Shown one piece after another: positions 24,575 through 44,200 of a stretch of 64,000 nucleotides of DNA. Position numbers and translations under genes: made by a program. Each line of letters starts with the position of its first letter. Position 1 is the stretch's first letter. The stretch is from Tubulanus polymorphus. Lineage: Eukaryota > Animalia > Nemertea. Below the pieces are notes generated by a model. That model had not been told where the DNA came from and searched no databases. It was given only the letters and a program-made list of their open reading frames with translations. The stretch is taken from the NCBI RefSeq assembly GCF_964204645.1, contig NC_134035.1:4898001-4962000 (forward strand). The letters are read 5' to 3'.

Positions 24575-26395
24575 TACTTCGATTCGACGTCGCATTTCTA
24601 CATATTGAAACATGTTTGAAAGTTGTACATGTGTACATATACATTTGGAGATATTGCGTTTAGTTTGGGTTTGGGATATAACATCGAGACTCCTATGGGA
24701 ATAGGTCCCTGAACCATAAGAATGAAATGTTTAAGAAAAAGCATATAAACAATATTCAACGACTGTAAGATTAAAGCAGTTTTCGCATCTTTTTAAGATT
24801 TGTCGAAAAATACTTTTCGGTATAAGCACAAAAACCTTGCAGGATGGTTATTCTTTTTCGTCGAATTACACAAAAAAATCTCAGTGAAGTTTCAGTTCTA
24901 GTACTGATAAGTTCGCTTTCATCGGCAAAAGGCTGGTAATTGGGCCCCTTTCGGGTCGAGATCAGAGGCCGCGTGGTGTTGCACTGTTATTGAAGACGTC
25001 TGGTTTGATAGCGGATTTAATGATCTGCCACGATGAATCCGCGACAGGCACAGAGCTTGAGAGATTGATGATAAATGCGATGACGCGCGCGGTCTATTTA
25101 ACGGTTTGTGTAAGTTGTCATCGTGTCACAGGCTATCGAACCGTTGCACACCTTGTTCGCGCAGTGCGCAGTTTAATCTCTTCTTGTACGAACTGGAACA
25201 CCTTCGCCGAAGACACCTCAGACGACGGCGGATTCAAAGAGTTCTTTGAGGCGTCGTTACAACACGGCACCAATCTAGTAACATAGATCCAGTCGTGGGC
25301 TCTGACAGCGGTGCCCGTATGTTCAGTTTCAAAGAAACTTCGAACGCCGGAACAAAGATCCATATAATGTAGGCCATAGCTAACGTATCACAGCTGATAA
25401 ACAAACCAAATTAACACATGAAGTTCAAAAGCGAAGAGTTGCAGAATCTGCGCATTAGGAGCCGTTTCTATCACATCTCTAACAAGTTTGATCGCCTCTG
25501 AAGCTTAGAGGTCCTATGGGCGGTTCAAAAGCCAGGGCCTCCAAAATGCGAATGCGCCGGTTTGGCCGCAACACGTTGACTCCGTTTGAAAAATTCATTT
25601 ATTTTACTAAATTTTTGTCACCTAATGAACATATAACCACCTTTTGAAATTACTTCATGTAGCGAATTTTTCCTTATAAAGATACCTTTTGATTCTATTA
25701 GAAATATTTGAATGGCCCGGGTCACGGCTTCACCGACCCGCCTGTCGAATGTTTGTTTGAATACTCTAATCCAAACTATTGATTTTGTCAGCATCATCGT
25801 GGATTTGAAGGACCCCATAATTTCGGACCGATCCGTTTTTCAATCATTACTGCGGGCATTGCACATTTTTGTCCTATGTACTTCCCAATGAATAAATAAA
25901 CCATTTCTTTCAAATGTACAAAAATATACATTTCCTTTAGAATGGAGTAAAACATTATATTCACTTCATCTCATTGGCAACTTCTAACTTTTCCCGCCAC
26001 TAAGAAAATAGAAGTAGAAACTACTCTGCTTCTACCCTGCTGGAGAACAGACACCTCGTCCACCACACCCACGCCTTCAAAATCAGCAATAACATCAACT
26101 CAAACAATCGACATAAATACTCCGTATTAATGTTCCGAGTCCTAGCTTATATGAGTTATTTGATCATCACTACTCATCTGCCATCTATCTCAGCATCAAA
26201 GAACTAAACTGATCAATTCATTCTCAACTTTCAAGCCTGCGCCCAGCATACCATGAATTATAATCCAATAAACAAGTAGAGAGATGATCTACTGACGATG
26301 GAAGCTCGACTATAGAATCAACACAATGAATAAATACTGTACTTTAAACAAATTTATTTTTCATTTTTTTCCACATTTCATTTCGGGAGTGAAAT

Positions 26396-28832
<2,437 letters not shown>

Positions 28833-28852
28833 GATTACGGCTTCTCTAGTTG

Positions 28853-28860
28853 TGAAAGAC
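28853..28860 (-). promoter_or_regulatory. TCT/5'-TOP-like initiator of RPS13
   Basis: GTCTTTCA about 25 nt upstream of the ATG, typical of metazoan ribosomal protein gene start sites. Confidence 0.5.
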
Positions 28861-29338
28861 CCGTATGTTCTCCACGTGCCGCGTCGGCGGAACCTCGCAC
28901 GGACACCGAACCGGACATAAATTCAAATGTATTTTATTATGCCCAAGCAATCCGGCCACCTAAATTCTCTTCTCTCTCCTAAATAGACAATATGCTTCTC
29001 TGGACCGTTTAGGCGGTCGACAAGTTTTAGTGCGATATTATGGGTCCCCTTCCTGTGATGGTGGGCTCCTACTGCGACTCACCTCATTACTCAATACCCT
29101 AATCACTTCGCGTTATATTTCATCAATCCAAAGGAAGGCTTTTTAAGCCTACTTGGTAACCCTCTTCGTACAACATATTCCGCACCAGGATAGAAAATAA
29201 TACCATCAGTTAAGACGAAAAATACAATCAACTAAATTCCACAAGTGCCAAAAGATTCCAAGAGAAACAAAGCCTAAAATCAATCAAGATATAGTTTTTC
29301 AGTAATTTCTTTTTTTATTTATTCGCGATATTACAAAT

Positions 29339-31756
<2,418 letters not shown>

Positions 31757-31772
31757 TTTGGCTATTTACGTC

Positions 31773-31790
31773 AGAGGGAGATACTTCCTT
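31773..31790 (-). promoter_or_regulatory. Polypyrimidine (TOP/TCT-like) initiator and ETS site of RPL27A
   Basis: Minus strand GGAAGTATCTCCCTCT about 20 nt upstream of the ATG. Confidence 0.5.
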
Positions 31791-34700
31791 AATGCAATAC
31801 CGGAGAGCCCGTTTCCGGATTTGCGCAATGCTCCGTACGCGAGGCAGCGTCGGTTCGATTCGAATCCCAATTTTCTCAAGTAAAGAAGAACTCAACATGT
31901 CGAAGGCAGTGTTTAATCGATCCGTACCCTAATTTTCGCCCCCATTTACTGAGAACGAACTATTTTCGGCTCTGAACTATGGACGAAGAAAATTTCCATA
32001 CACTCTCAAGCCCACAGTTTCCGCTTCACTTCTGATTTGTAATCTGTTGGTATATATGCCGAGAAATTTCCCTGAAAGAAGCTCTAAAATCCTAGATCAC
32101 TGGAATTGCACTTGTAGATAACTTTGGGGGATAAGAAGACAAAAAACAACATCAAACAAATGATTTTTAATTTTACAAAATATATTTGGCACGAAGTATA
32201 ATTGATATAAGAGCACAACGGTCGAGACAAGCATCCTTCTTGGCTTAAATTCATTTATATTTTTTACAAAATCTATATATATTTCAAGCCCGTACAGATA
32301 GCCGTATCTTTCAGATGAGGATATCTTTAATTTTTGTCAATTCTTTAAAAAACACGGTTGAAAATCGTCGAAAAATGTATGAAATACGCGATAATGATAT
32401 CATTGATAAAGGTATCTAATCGTAGACCGCACCTTACTCGGTCAATGTGGAAACTGTATCGAAGCCAGTGAATATCATAAAACAGGGGCGCGGATCCAGG
32501 ATTTTCAGTGTGGGGGTGCTCTATTGGTAATCCCCTGGAAAGTTTTGAAAAACTAAGTCTAATTTTCACGCATTCCGAGCGTTTTTAAGCACTGTTAGAT
32601 CATCTTTTATATCCAACAGTACCGTACTTAGAAATTCGGCGTTAAAAAACTGGAAATAAATAATCCGAAGAATATTTTCCAAAGCACCCTTGGATCCGCG
32701 CCAGTAAAGGTAAGTTTTTGCAAAGTTTCATTTTCTTCTGATTCTCAACTGCGTGAAATATCCATATCAGCACAGTGAAATATTCACAGAATTCCCTGAT
32801 TTTCAACTCAGCACTGGTGCAATATTCACAGATTCACCAATTCTAAACTCAGTACAGTATACAGGTCAGCGCTGAATGGCACTACCGTGAAAGGTGGAGT
32901 CTACAATAGGCCTATAACATGACTGCAATTGAGGTATTACGCTAGACTATGATGTTTTGGCAATTTAAGAAACATTTTTGGCAATTATTAATTGAAGAAT
33001 TAAGCACAGGGGTTCATTCAATTCATAACACTGCTAAAATTTAGATGATACGAATTGCGGATAAAAGAAATTCTTACAAACTCACATAACTAAACAATAG
33101 ACCTTAAAACCCTTACAGCGTGCAGTGCGTTGTATAAATCGGTGATGGACTTAGCTGATACACCGCATCACAGTGTAGCTAATACACCGCATCGCAGTGT
33201 ATTGATGTTATCAATGATTAGTTTTTTATTTCAATTGAAAGATGGTAGCATCTGTCAAACATAGCGAAATATTTGTAACTAACAATACACTGCAGAGTGA
33301 TGTACATACATCATAGTGGTATGACCATTACACAACGCACTGGGGTGGAATTTTTCATAATTTTCGAATTATCTCCAGCACTTCAGGGTATCAACAAGCC
33401 AGCACTGAAAGGTTAACAGTATGTTTTAGGGAGAAAGTACTTAGAATGTAAACTGAGATTTTCATTTCAAATGTTTGGATGACACGATCAATATTCATAT
33501 TAAACGACAAAGAATATTAAAATATGGCACAAGTTTTCCAGCAGACGCAAAATACAATCTCAAAAAAAAAACATACACACAGAATCTTACTACCAGTAAC
33601 ATCTTTATATGTAAACACTGCTCTTATAGGTTGTTATGAATAGAGCAAGGAAATGAACTTAGACTGGTCTGAAGTCATGACTGCACTGAATTAACCCTGG
33701 AACCACCACTAGTTAGATCCTGAAACCGCCGCTACTGAGCTGGTGGATACAACCACCAAGCCGAGTCATTCTTCATTTAATCAACAACATAAGGACAACA
33801 ATATAATGATACCGCCACGAGATATTGAATTCAGCGAATGAATGCGACCGATTATTATCACCGATTCATGTCCTGTAGCAGTCGAATACAAAAGCAATTA
33901 AAAGGCTTTACAAGCCGCGACACGTTCTACGACTTACACGTGAATCCGACGAGGATTTCGCGATACAACATGATGGACGACCAATACAGAAACGCATTAG
34001 AATCCGTTCGTATTTTCAATGAAAAACTACTGGATTCGAGTCGTAAATCACGAGTCGGTATCTGATAGCGTTTAAATTACAAAAGCACACATACGCATGA
34101 CAAGCTGTGAAATGAAATGGAATGTAGAGCGCTAGTGAAATAAACACGTTGCCGACATTCGATTTCGAAACGTTCATCACCCAACGAGCATAGATCATAG
34201 ATACTATTTTCAACACATTACCCGACTGAAGTGTCAGAAATCTAAAAGCTCGCAGGGAAATAGGATTTTAATTCAGCTGCTTTCGCAATCTATTCTAAGA
34301 GATTACGTCGGCTTACGAAGACATGACGTAACGTCGGATCGGTTCAAAACACGCCCAAAAAACTTCTCCCATTAGTCGCTTAAGTAACCAGTTTCTGTTA
34401 GTATGAAGAGGTATGAATGAATCGATTAATCTCGAGCGAATTGATCACTATGATTTTCAAACACGTGGAAATGTGTTCTTATGACCTGCGCGCAAAAATA
34501 AAGACGCTAAGATACAGACACGATCAAACCCCGATATTACCGCCCTCCCATTTACCCCCACCCCTGCATACCGCAGGCTTTCTCTATGTACATCTCGATA
34601 CAAATAAATAGTAAAACACCGCTGATATACGGCCATAATCTCTATACCACAAAAATCGTTCTGCACCGATGTGGGCGGTATATCGGGGCTTGACTGTATA

Positions 34701-35073
34701 TCTCGGAAGCTTAACAAATGTACAATGTAACAAACATCTACATACATATTTCATTATCATATAAGTTTATCCTACAGGTATCATACATTACGTACATGTA
34801 CGTTTTTTTTTAGCACGTAATTAGTTTACAGCAGTTGTTGTTTTTACAGTAGTATTTTTTAGTAGTGATAATTCTCGTGTTATCCTTAATAATCGTCATC
34901 GATTAAAGCCGGGTTCCTTCTGAAGAAAACCAAAAACTCGATAAGTCGTGCGCCGACCGACATAAATCATTACATCATATGAACTAACGAAATTCACTTT
35001 TCAACGCGACAAATGTTACAATATGTCAATCAGTACCAGGGAGGCGCGTTAGACCTGGATAAACCAATCACGT

Positions 35074-35255
35074 ATATCCTTCTATAAAAGATGGCTTCCC
35101 TGCTTCATCGCCATAAGACGTCATGAAACTTTAAATAAGCGATTCGAATTTTGACGAAAACGTATATCAACGATCCAATCGCTTGCTAGTTATTGGATGA
35201 CGTCATAGACATATGGGTACACGAGGCAGCCATCTTTTACGGAACGATCGATATA
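35074..35255. mobile_element. Foldback MITE
   Basis: TAAAAGATGGCT...GACGTCAT...AAGCGATT paired with AATCGCTT...ATGACGTC...AGCCATCTTTTA. Confidence 0.6.
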
Positions 35256-35971
35256 TCCTGAGTGAAAAATGTACGACTTCTTTTTCCGTATTAGAACCCA
35301 CCACCAACACCAAAACACCGTACGGTAGGACCTCGGTAAAACCGCTTTCAAAGAATTAAGAGACATACTTTAAGATCACCATCCCCCTATTCAACTTATA
35401 CTCGTATTTTTCCTTTTGATAATAATATTTATATACAACGAAACTAAAACACATGATGAAATATACATCGAATCGTCAAATATACACGAAACTGTCGTCC
35501 ACACCGACGACGGCGGGCGCGTGGTGGACATTCGTTAAATTATCTACAATAAAATACCACCGGAATTCACGACGAAAATAAAACGCATCGTTCCGGTATT
35601 AACAATAAATAACAAATAGATATCGTCGACAACCCGCTGTTTCAAAGCGATGCAGCCATTTGTTTGTTTTTGTTACTTTAAAGATCGAGCTTTGCTCAAG
35701 CCCGATGCCAATAGATGCAAATTGATTGCAAATTGCTTCGAAATACGGCCGAACCAGCTGCTGGCTCATGTTATTCAACTAAATGGCGACTTTCGCCTTG
35801 ATTTTTAGGTCTCTAGCAACAATTAAGATTCGTTGATTCAATGCTTTCAATCTACAAGTATTCGTGAAACTGGACCTCGACTTAAAGGCAATCATTAAAG
35901 TGAAGCTAATAGTCAGCGTTACTAGAATCGACGGTTGACTGACCTACCGACCCTCACCCTTCCTGAGACAG

Positions 35972-36086
<115 letters not shown>

Positions 36087-38259
36087 GCTATACATATTTG
36101 TGGAAGAATGAATAAACGATTAAATAAACTAATAGTAATATTAATAATAATAATTAATAATAATAATAATAATAATGATAATATATAAACTTTATCGTAG
36201 TTATTTTCAAAAACTACCACTCTAGCTATGAATGAAGATGAGACTGTCCTATCCATTGGATCATATCCAGCGAAAAAATAAAATCTATTTCATTTACGAT
36301 CGTCAGAGGATTATATCCGCTCCGCTTTAAGAAATCTTTAAAAACACATTTTCCGGATCGCATCCGCAGATTCTTATAGAATTTCATACAATAACCGTAA
36401 GAGAGAGCGCGTGCGTATTGTATAGGCATGCAAAAATGAGAAAAAATTTAGGCGCTCACTTAGTGTCCTCGACACCAGATTAGACAATATTAGAACTGAA
36501 TAAAGCTGGATTATTTATTGCTTCATTTTTCGTCAAGAAGAATTGGACTTAGTTTTAAAACCTATTGTAAAAAAGTATTGTAAGTTTACAGAGAATGACC
36601 ATTTGAAATAGCATCGGCTGGTTGCGGCCTGGGTACGATAATGAAATAAATAAAGTCCTTCGATAGAACGCTCAAAACCATATTCATAACAACCACACAA
36701 AAACAACTTATTGTTTATAGCCTTTGAATATATATGATTGTCACGTTTTCATTAGGACACTGAAAATGGAAATTTGTTTTTAAATTTTTGGATGACACTG
36801 AATCGAAACGACAAAATTCGCTATCAAAAGGGATTCAGGTTTGAATCTAAATTTAGTGTCGCTGATAGCCTTGGATTCGGTTCCTATACATGTTTTCCTT
36901 AAACACCACTCTGGATCCAGTTCCACAGTTCTTAACTGACTCATAGTAAACTCATTGAAAATGAAAACTGATTTCAACCCAAGAGTCAACTCGTGACTGT
37001 GGAATTGAGTCCAGGGTTCTATGTATAACTATTGCCATTGTATATAATATATTCCTTTATTTACAAACATATTACGTAATCTATAAATCTAAACCCAATG
37101 ACAAAAGCTAAGAATAGTCATCGAACACAGCGATCAACCTAAAATAAAAAATATTTTCACTTTTTTTTCAAATCCGTTATCACAGTTCATAATTCGATGA
37201 ATTCCCCCTTCAAAACATACCATTGTAATAAACCAGGCCAGAGTAGACCCAGAAATTCGAACCAGACAGCGTCGTGAGATTCTGCCATGGTACAAATTAG
37301 GAAAATCTACTAACAAGATCATCTGAATTATACTCCGACCGAACCCTTACCGAACATACCGTAAAACTAAAACAGTCAAAGGCTCTTAAGCTGGGGATAC
37401 TAATAATCAATGCTTCGCAAACATTTTCAATGTTGCTAGGTTTTAGTTAAATATCTTACATTTCCAATTACAATATAACATTTCATATTTGATAAATACA
37501 CATATCATTATCATTGAGCTGCCTTCATAGAAAAAACCTTTCTGCTGAATAATCAGACCATATATATATATATATATTCATATATAGGTATGTACATCGA
37601 ACAGCAGACGACAGTTTTTAGCTCCACATTTTTACAGACCCAGTTCTACAGATACGAGCTAGATTCAGTAAATTCAATTAAACTGACAGTATTCGATCAA
37701 GTCGAAATTAGTTCATTTTTCCGTTATTTCGAAAAAAGTTGACCGATAACTGTAGACCTGGATCCGAAATTGTTTCGATTATTATTGTGACCCTAAGACT
37801 CGTAAACCGTGGAAATTCACACTTCCTTAAATTATGTAGTTTTTGATTGGACTTTGTCATGCAGTTTGACCATACCTTCGAATACCTGATTCAATATATC
37901 GACACGAAATAATCATTTAAGTAAACGCAGAAGCGAAGCTGATATAGATTTCGAGCCTGAGGAGAGTATGAACACATATCTTACAAAATCCGATTCGACA
38001 TTCATATCCGGATGGTGCGATGTCCATCAGCGCGCGATTAATAGCTTATCAGACACAATTTCGAAAAAAGAAGATGAAATTTCATTCATTCTCGGCGTTG
38101 GTGGTGACGACGGCTATATTATAAAGTAAAAACTGCCACCAGTTTGACATGACCACGTCGCTGTCATGGACTACGAACGAATCTTTTATTCCCTGCCCAA
38201 AATTAATAATACTAGCTCGTTTTAATTTTTTAAATCTCACGTGTGATGGCCGACAACTT

Positions 38260-41200
38260 TCACGTATCATCGTCGTCTGTGTCCACAGTAGCATCTGTAA
38301 CGAAAAATAATAATTATTATTATTATCATTATTATTATGATTTACTATCATTTACTAGTATTTCACGTTATTATTTATCATTATTATTACTTTTATTGTT
38401 ACAACTCATTGCTACTATCATTACTATTATTATTTTCATCCTTTAGTGTAATTATCAGTTTATGTGCATTTATTAATTTTTGATCACCGTCAAATGTGAC
38501 TGTAATTTCGATTATAATTGTAATTGCTTGTCATGTCCTCTGGACCTTAGCATGTATTTATTTTGTATACCATTGACTTGTTTAATAAAATTAATTTGTA
38601 CTAAAAAAAAAAAAAAAAAATGAAAAATAATCGATAAAGTTTGGCACGAAATTCTTGGCCACTTTTGGTCTTAAATTATCAGCGTGGCCACTTGTATTTG
38701 AATTGCTTTTCCTCTGACTTTTCCCCGACTATTGCATAACATGTACGTTGTTTTCCCTGACTCGATCAACTAGGAATCCAATCATTTAACACAGTCAAAT
38801 ACGTAAAACATATACGGAAATTGTTTTATTCAAAAAAAAAAAAATTTCCCCCGACTATAAATATCCCTGATTTTTAGCTTTTACACAAAATTCCTCGACT
38901 ATTTCCAGACTATTTTAACGAAAAGAAAGTTCCCTGACGTTTCCCTGATTTCCAGGTAAATGGAGCCACCCTGATTATGATTTCGGCGTTACACGCGTTA
39001 CCTTCAGGAAGTTTGTCGATTTGGAAACTTCCGATCATTTCATTTTGCAAATGCGAAATAGTCGCCAACTGAGGCAGTGTCATGAACAGTCCACTAAGGA
39101 TTAACCCGCCATTTTCGGGGTGCTTTTTGATGATTTCCTGTGTCATCAAGTTCAAGTATTTCGTATGCAGCTTTTTAACTGAATCTTTACTGGTCAGTTT
39201 TTCCCGATCTGAAAAACAATGGTTTATGGAAACTGCTGAACGTGCCAGAGTCTTACGATGCGATCAGGTTCGAATCCCTGTGGGGGGGGGGGAACGCACG
39301 TGGTAGAATCTTACAATGCCATCAGGTTCAAAAAATGTGAGGTAGGAATGTGGAAGAGTTTCATCATGTCATCGAGTTCAAATCCCTGCAAGGGAGGGAG
39401 GAAAGTGGCAGAGTCTTACGATGGCATCAGGTTCAAATCTACGTGAGGGAGGAATGTGGCAGAGTCTCATGATGCCATCAGGGTTGAATCTCTGTGAAGG
39501 AGGAACGTGGCAGAGTCTGACGATGCCATCAGGTTCAAATTCCTGTGAGGGAATAATGAGGCAGTGTCTCACGGTGCTATCAAGTTTGAATCTATGTGAG
39601 GGAGGAACATCACAGTCTCATGAAGCCATCATGTTAAAAAATCCTGCCAGGGAGCTATGTGTTTACTATGACAGTGGTTCCTACTCATGCTGTAAGATTC
39701 TCTTCAAGAGAGAATTGTTTTAGTACTAAAGGGTGTCTCAAAAATGTGTTACCGAACCTCTTAAATAAATAACGCATTAACTATAACTGCAATTCAGTTT
39801 TGGGGGGTTAGATCGGTAGATTTGGATGTTTGCTCGAAGATGGAATATCGAAATGCAATGATAAGCCATGCATGCCTCAGCACTACCACGTTTTTTAATG
39901 GCCATGAAAATTAAGTAGATCCAAAACAAGAAATAAGGATTGACTCCTTCAATTATTGTGTACGTTTATCGTTAAATGACCAGTTGTGACATTGATCCTT
40001 GTGTTATTTTTCCTGTGGCGGATGGCAAAACCATCAAACCAAAGACTTAAGCGTCGGAAAGTGAGAGATTTTCGAAATACTGAATCCGATGAGTGAAAAT
40101 TCTGTGAGGGAAATAAGTGTTCGAGCTGAACTGCGCATTGGGAAAATGGTTGCCATAGTGAAGAAGTTACGTACCAGCTTAACTAGTAAAGCGAACCAAT
40201 AATTTTATTAAGGGGAAATCTGTCTCAGCTGATTTGACAGTGATTTTATTGTCATGTCGAAAACGGCAGCTTGTCACGCAACAATAAACGTGCGCAATAA
40301 CGGAACAAACCTTATTTCTCATTCTAATTTGATGTCATTCGTATTCAACAAACGCTAGCGCTCAACCACGCATGACTGATTGTTGCCTTTTAATATAGAA
40401 TCCTCAAACAAACATCACGTCTGCCAACCCTATCACCCGAATAAATCTATCACAATCATAGCTAATGAATGATTAATCTGAGACACCCTGTATAACGGAG
40501 GTTCGTTACGTAACTCACCTGGCAGCGTAGCGCGTATAGCGCTGATCAAAGCCAGCTCGCGATCGGACAGCGAGTAGCTGTTCAGCGTCGACGAAAAATC
40601 AACCATCATTTTAATCAATTCCTTCGATAAGAAATGCACCATCCAGTGCATGCAGTACTTCTTCTTACTGGGTAACAAAATATGACACTCATCGTCGTAG
40701 AAACAACCGCTGGCTCCGATCTGAAACGAAACGCGAAATTTTCCGTGTTTGAAGATCATAGATTTCACCATCGTTTAATCAGGTTATATCATAGGTACAG
40801 CCTTTGGATGAACACGTGCGATCATTCGACGACATTTCAAAACCACGGCAGACTTATAGTACAGCTTAACCTCATTACTTATACAAACTTAGGGAGACCA
40901 GGAAATCTGTTCGTTATAACCGATAGTTCGGTATATCCAATATGAAATAACTTTCCTATTTGGGACAAAATTCTAGGTTTTTAATGACTAATATCAAAAA
41001 TACATAGTATTTTTGCTAATATGAATCGTTATAAAAAGGTTCCACTGTAATATACTTAAGGTAAACATCCTCCCCGGCAGGGATTCAAACCTGATGGCAT
41101 CGAGATTGCCACAATATGATCCCCTGCCACACTAGACTCGCAGCTTAGATGATGTCAATGTTAGCCAATCAGATATCCAGTTTTATTTCGGCCCGGGTTT

Positions 41201-44200
41201 TCCCATTTATAGTTCTTTCGTGAAATTTGCCTAAGCGATTATACAACAAGCAATCTGGTGCCGCAAGTTTTTCCCGTAGTAAAGCTGCACATTTACCTGT
41301 GCACCCGTTCTTGTGTGGCTGAGCGTAGCGATGCCTTCAGGTTCAAATCCCTGCCAAGGGAGGATGTACTTGATACAGTACAATGGTATAAAAGGCGTAC
41401 AGGTTTAAAGTGTACTCACCATCCACAGTTCAAAGAATCCGTGTTTCATCAGTTCTGCCTGATCATCAGCTGGCAGATCAGTCATCCCTGGGATTTGTCG
41501 GCAAAAATCTATCGTGAAATGAAGAACAATTACATGCAGTTAATTCGTGGACAGCAGAGTCATAGATTTCCGCATTGGTTTTATGATTCGTGGCGAACCA
41601 TCCATCCGTCAATCTCGGTTGGACCCGGATATTGAGAGGCAGAAGATGCAAAAGAATAATACTTACGGCTTATATTGACTGAGCACGGTGTCACTGCCGA
41701 TATCAGCTCCTTATAAACACTGGCAATCTCGGACCTTTTCGATTTGACATTCGCCAATTGATTGGCTTCATCCTAAAATACACGAAAATACATGAAATAT
41801 TCATGAACTTGAATTGCAAATTATTTGCGAATTATCTCTAAAACACAGCGGTGATGAGAGCTTGCATATCATTCTTTTCCCCGGCAGCGCAACACCGCAC
41901 TACAGCTGAATGCCCATTTAACAGGTTTCCAGGGTAAAAAGTAAAAAGGAGAACTTAGAAGGACTTTTTCGGCAATTTTAGACCCAAAAGGAGGGACTTT
42001 TTGACTTATGAATGCCTTCACTGGAATACTAGTCATGTAGACCGGTCATACATTTCTGGGTAATTCCATAAGGCTTTCCTGTATATTCAATCTTACTGGC
42101 AATAATGAATTACCAGGCCAGGGTAATAAAATGCTTCGACAGTCAAATTCTCGAAAAAATTGCGCGTGAAAAATACATAAAAATCAAATTTGGAAGGACT
42201 TTTTTATCAAAAGGAAGGACTTAGAGCCAAAAAGAAGGACAAAGATGATGTTTGTCCAAACATTCTCCAAATACAGGACAAAGAAGGACTTGGAAGGACG
42301 GCTGAAAACCCATAAAAAAATACATCCATTTTTGCCCATTATTCGATGCACTGAGGAGGAATTTCTAAAAAATTTCAAATTATATCCGGAATTTTTCGGT
42401 GTTAGCTAGTCATTGGTCTTAAATCTAAGCCACAACTGAACAACACTGCGCCCAGTTTCGCAAAAAGGATTAAGGCCTAAATCGATTTAAGATAAACTGA
42501 ATAAACTAAGAAATCAAACAAATTTATGAGTTAAATCTTTTTGTGAAACTGGCCCCTGAAATGAAAAATCTATAACATTACCATATGAATGCCGAGTTCG
42601 ATATCTTGTCGTAGTTGTTGCCGGGCTTCGATATAATCAGCAACAGCCGTTGAGAAACACCGATTTAAATGCTCGATCACCAACTCCGGATCACCGTCGA
42701 TATCCGGTATTACGACTTCATCGGTCGCCGTCGACGCCATTTTTGATTCGGCGTCGACCGGTGTTTCTCGCTCGTCGGTAGTCGCGACGCTTTCGACATC
42801 ATCGAACATCCGCCTCTCGACGGCGACGTCCGCGTCGCTGCCGGTCGCGCCGACGACCCCGCCGTAATCTCGGTAGAACTCTTTCGTGATCGCGATGGAC
42901 GACGGATTATTGTTCGACCGTAACGACAACGACGCGTGATCGGCAGACGGATCGCCGCCGTTATCTAACGACTGCGCAGACGCCGACGTCATCTGCCACG
43001 GATTCGGGTTCGCCGACGCCGTTATATCGTTTACGCACTCGGTCAAATACCGGTCGATTTGACTGAGCGACCAGCCGCTCATGTTAGTCTGCTGCGATTC
43101 CAACGCGTTCGAATAAGCTTCGTTCAGTTTGTTCATTCCGCCGCCGCTGCCGCCACCGCTGCAGTAAGCGTCATTCGTTCCCGGTTCGTCTTTGATGATT
43201 TTAACGCACGGTGGCGCCTCCCCGCTGACGGATGCCGCGTAATATTGCGGTCTCGACGATTTACCGTTTACTTGATGTTGTTGATAGACGTTACCGTTGC
43301 CGATGTGGAGCTGCTGATGCTGGTGTTGATGATGGAAACGCTGGCTCGTCGCCCCCACGGCGTCGTGACCGTTTCCGACGTGGATGTTGACCGGCTGGTC
43401 GTAACGCGGTATTTTCGTCGCCGGTCCTGACAGCACGTCCGGTGGTCTGTCATGGCTGTACTGCCGGCTACCTCCCTGCTGCTGCCATTGCGTTTTCGAA
43501 ACGGGCTGATTTTGAAACGGGGCCGGAATAGCAGAACTGACCGACGTCAACACGTTGCTCGCTGCAGGATTATTCACCTGATGCAACAATTTGTTAATCA
43601 TTTCTGTCTGGCCATTTGAACTGTTTGCTTCCAACACCTACAACACAATTCAAATGTTTTCAAATGAGCATTTAAAACTGTATTCCATTCGTAACATACA
43701 ATTAATTGATAATACTTTGTGACAAAACAATGAGTTCAATGGGTAACCCATTGTTTTTTCTCCTTTTACTTATTATTCGAACCATATGCAGGATTACTAA
43801 TCTCTGAAAAGTGCTCTCAGCAATAATTTGAGTTACTTTCAGGAACAATTCCATTGAAATATGAAATGAAATGATCAAATTAATCAATGAAGGGTATAAA
43901 ACCCTCAGTAACATTTTTAATATCTCTGCTCGATACAGTTACCAAGAGGGGTAAGACCCTCAGTAACACCAAACAAATTTCTGTTCAAATTAATCAATAA
44001 TCAAAGAGGACTAGACCGTCAGTAACATTTTTCATATTTCTGTTCAAATCAATCAGTTTATCAAGAGGTACAAGGCCCTCACTAACAACTTTTATATTTC
44101 TGTACAAATTAATCAGGAAGGGTAAGACCCTGAGTAACATCTTTCATATTTCTGCTCAAATTAATCAGCAAGCAAGAGGGGTAAGACCCTCAGCGACACC

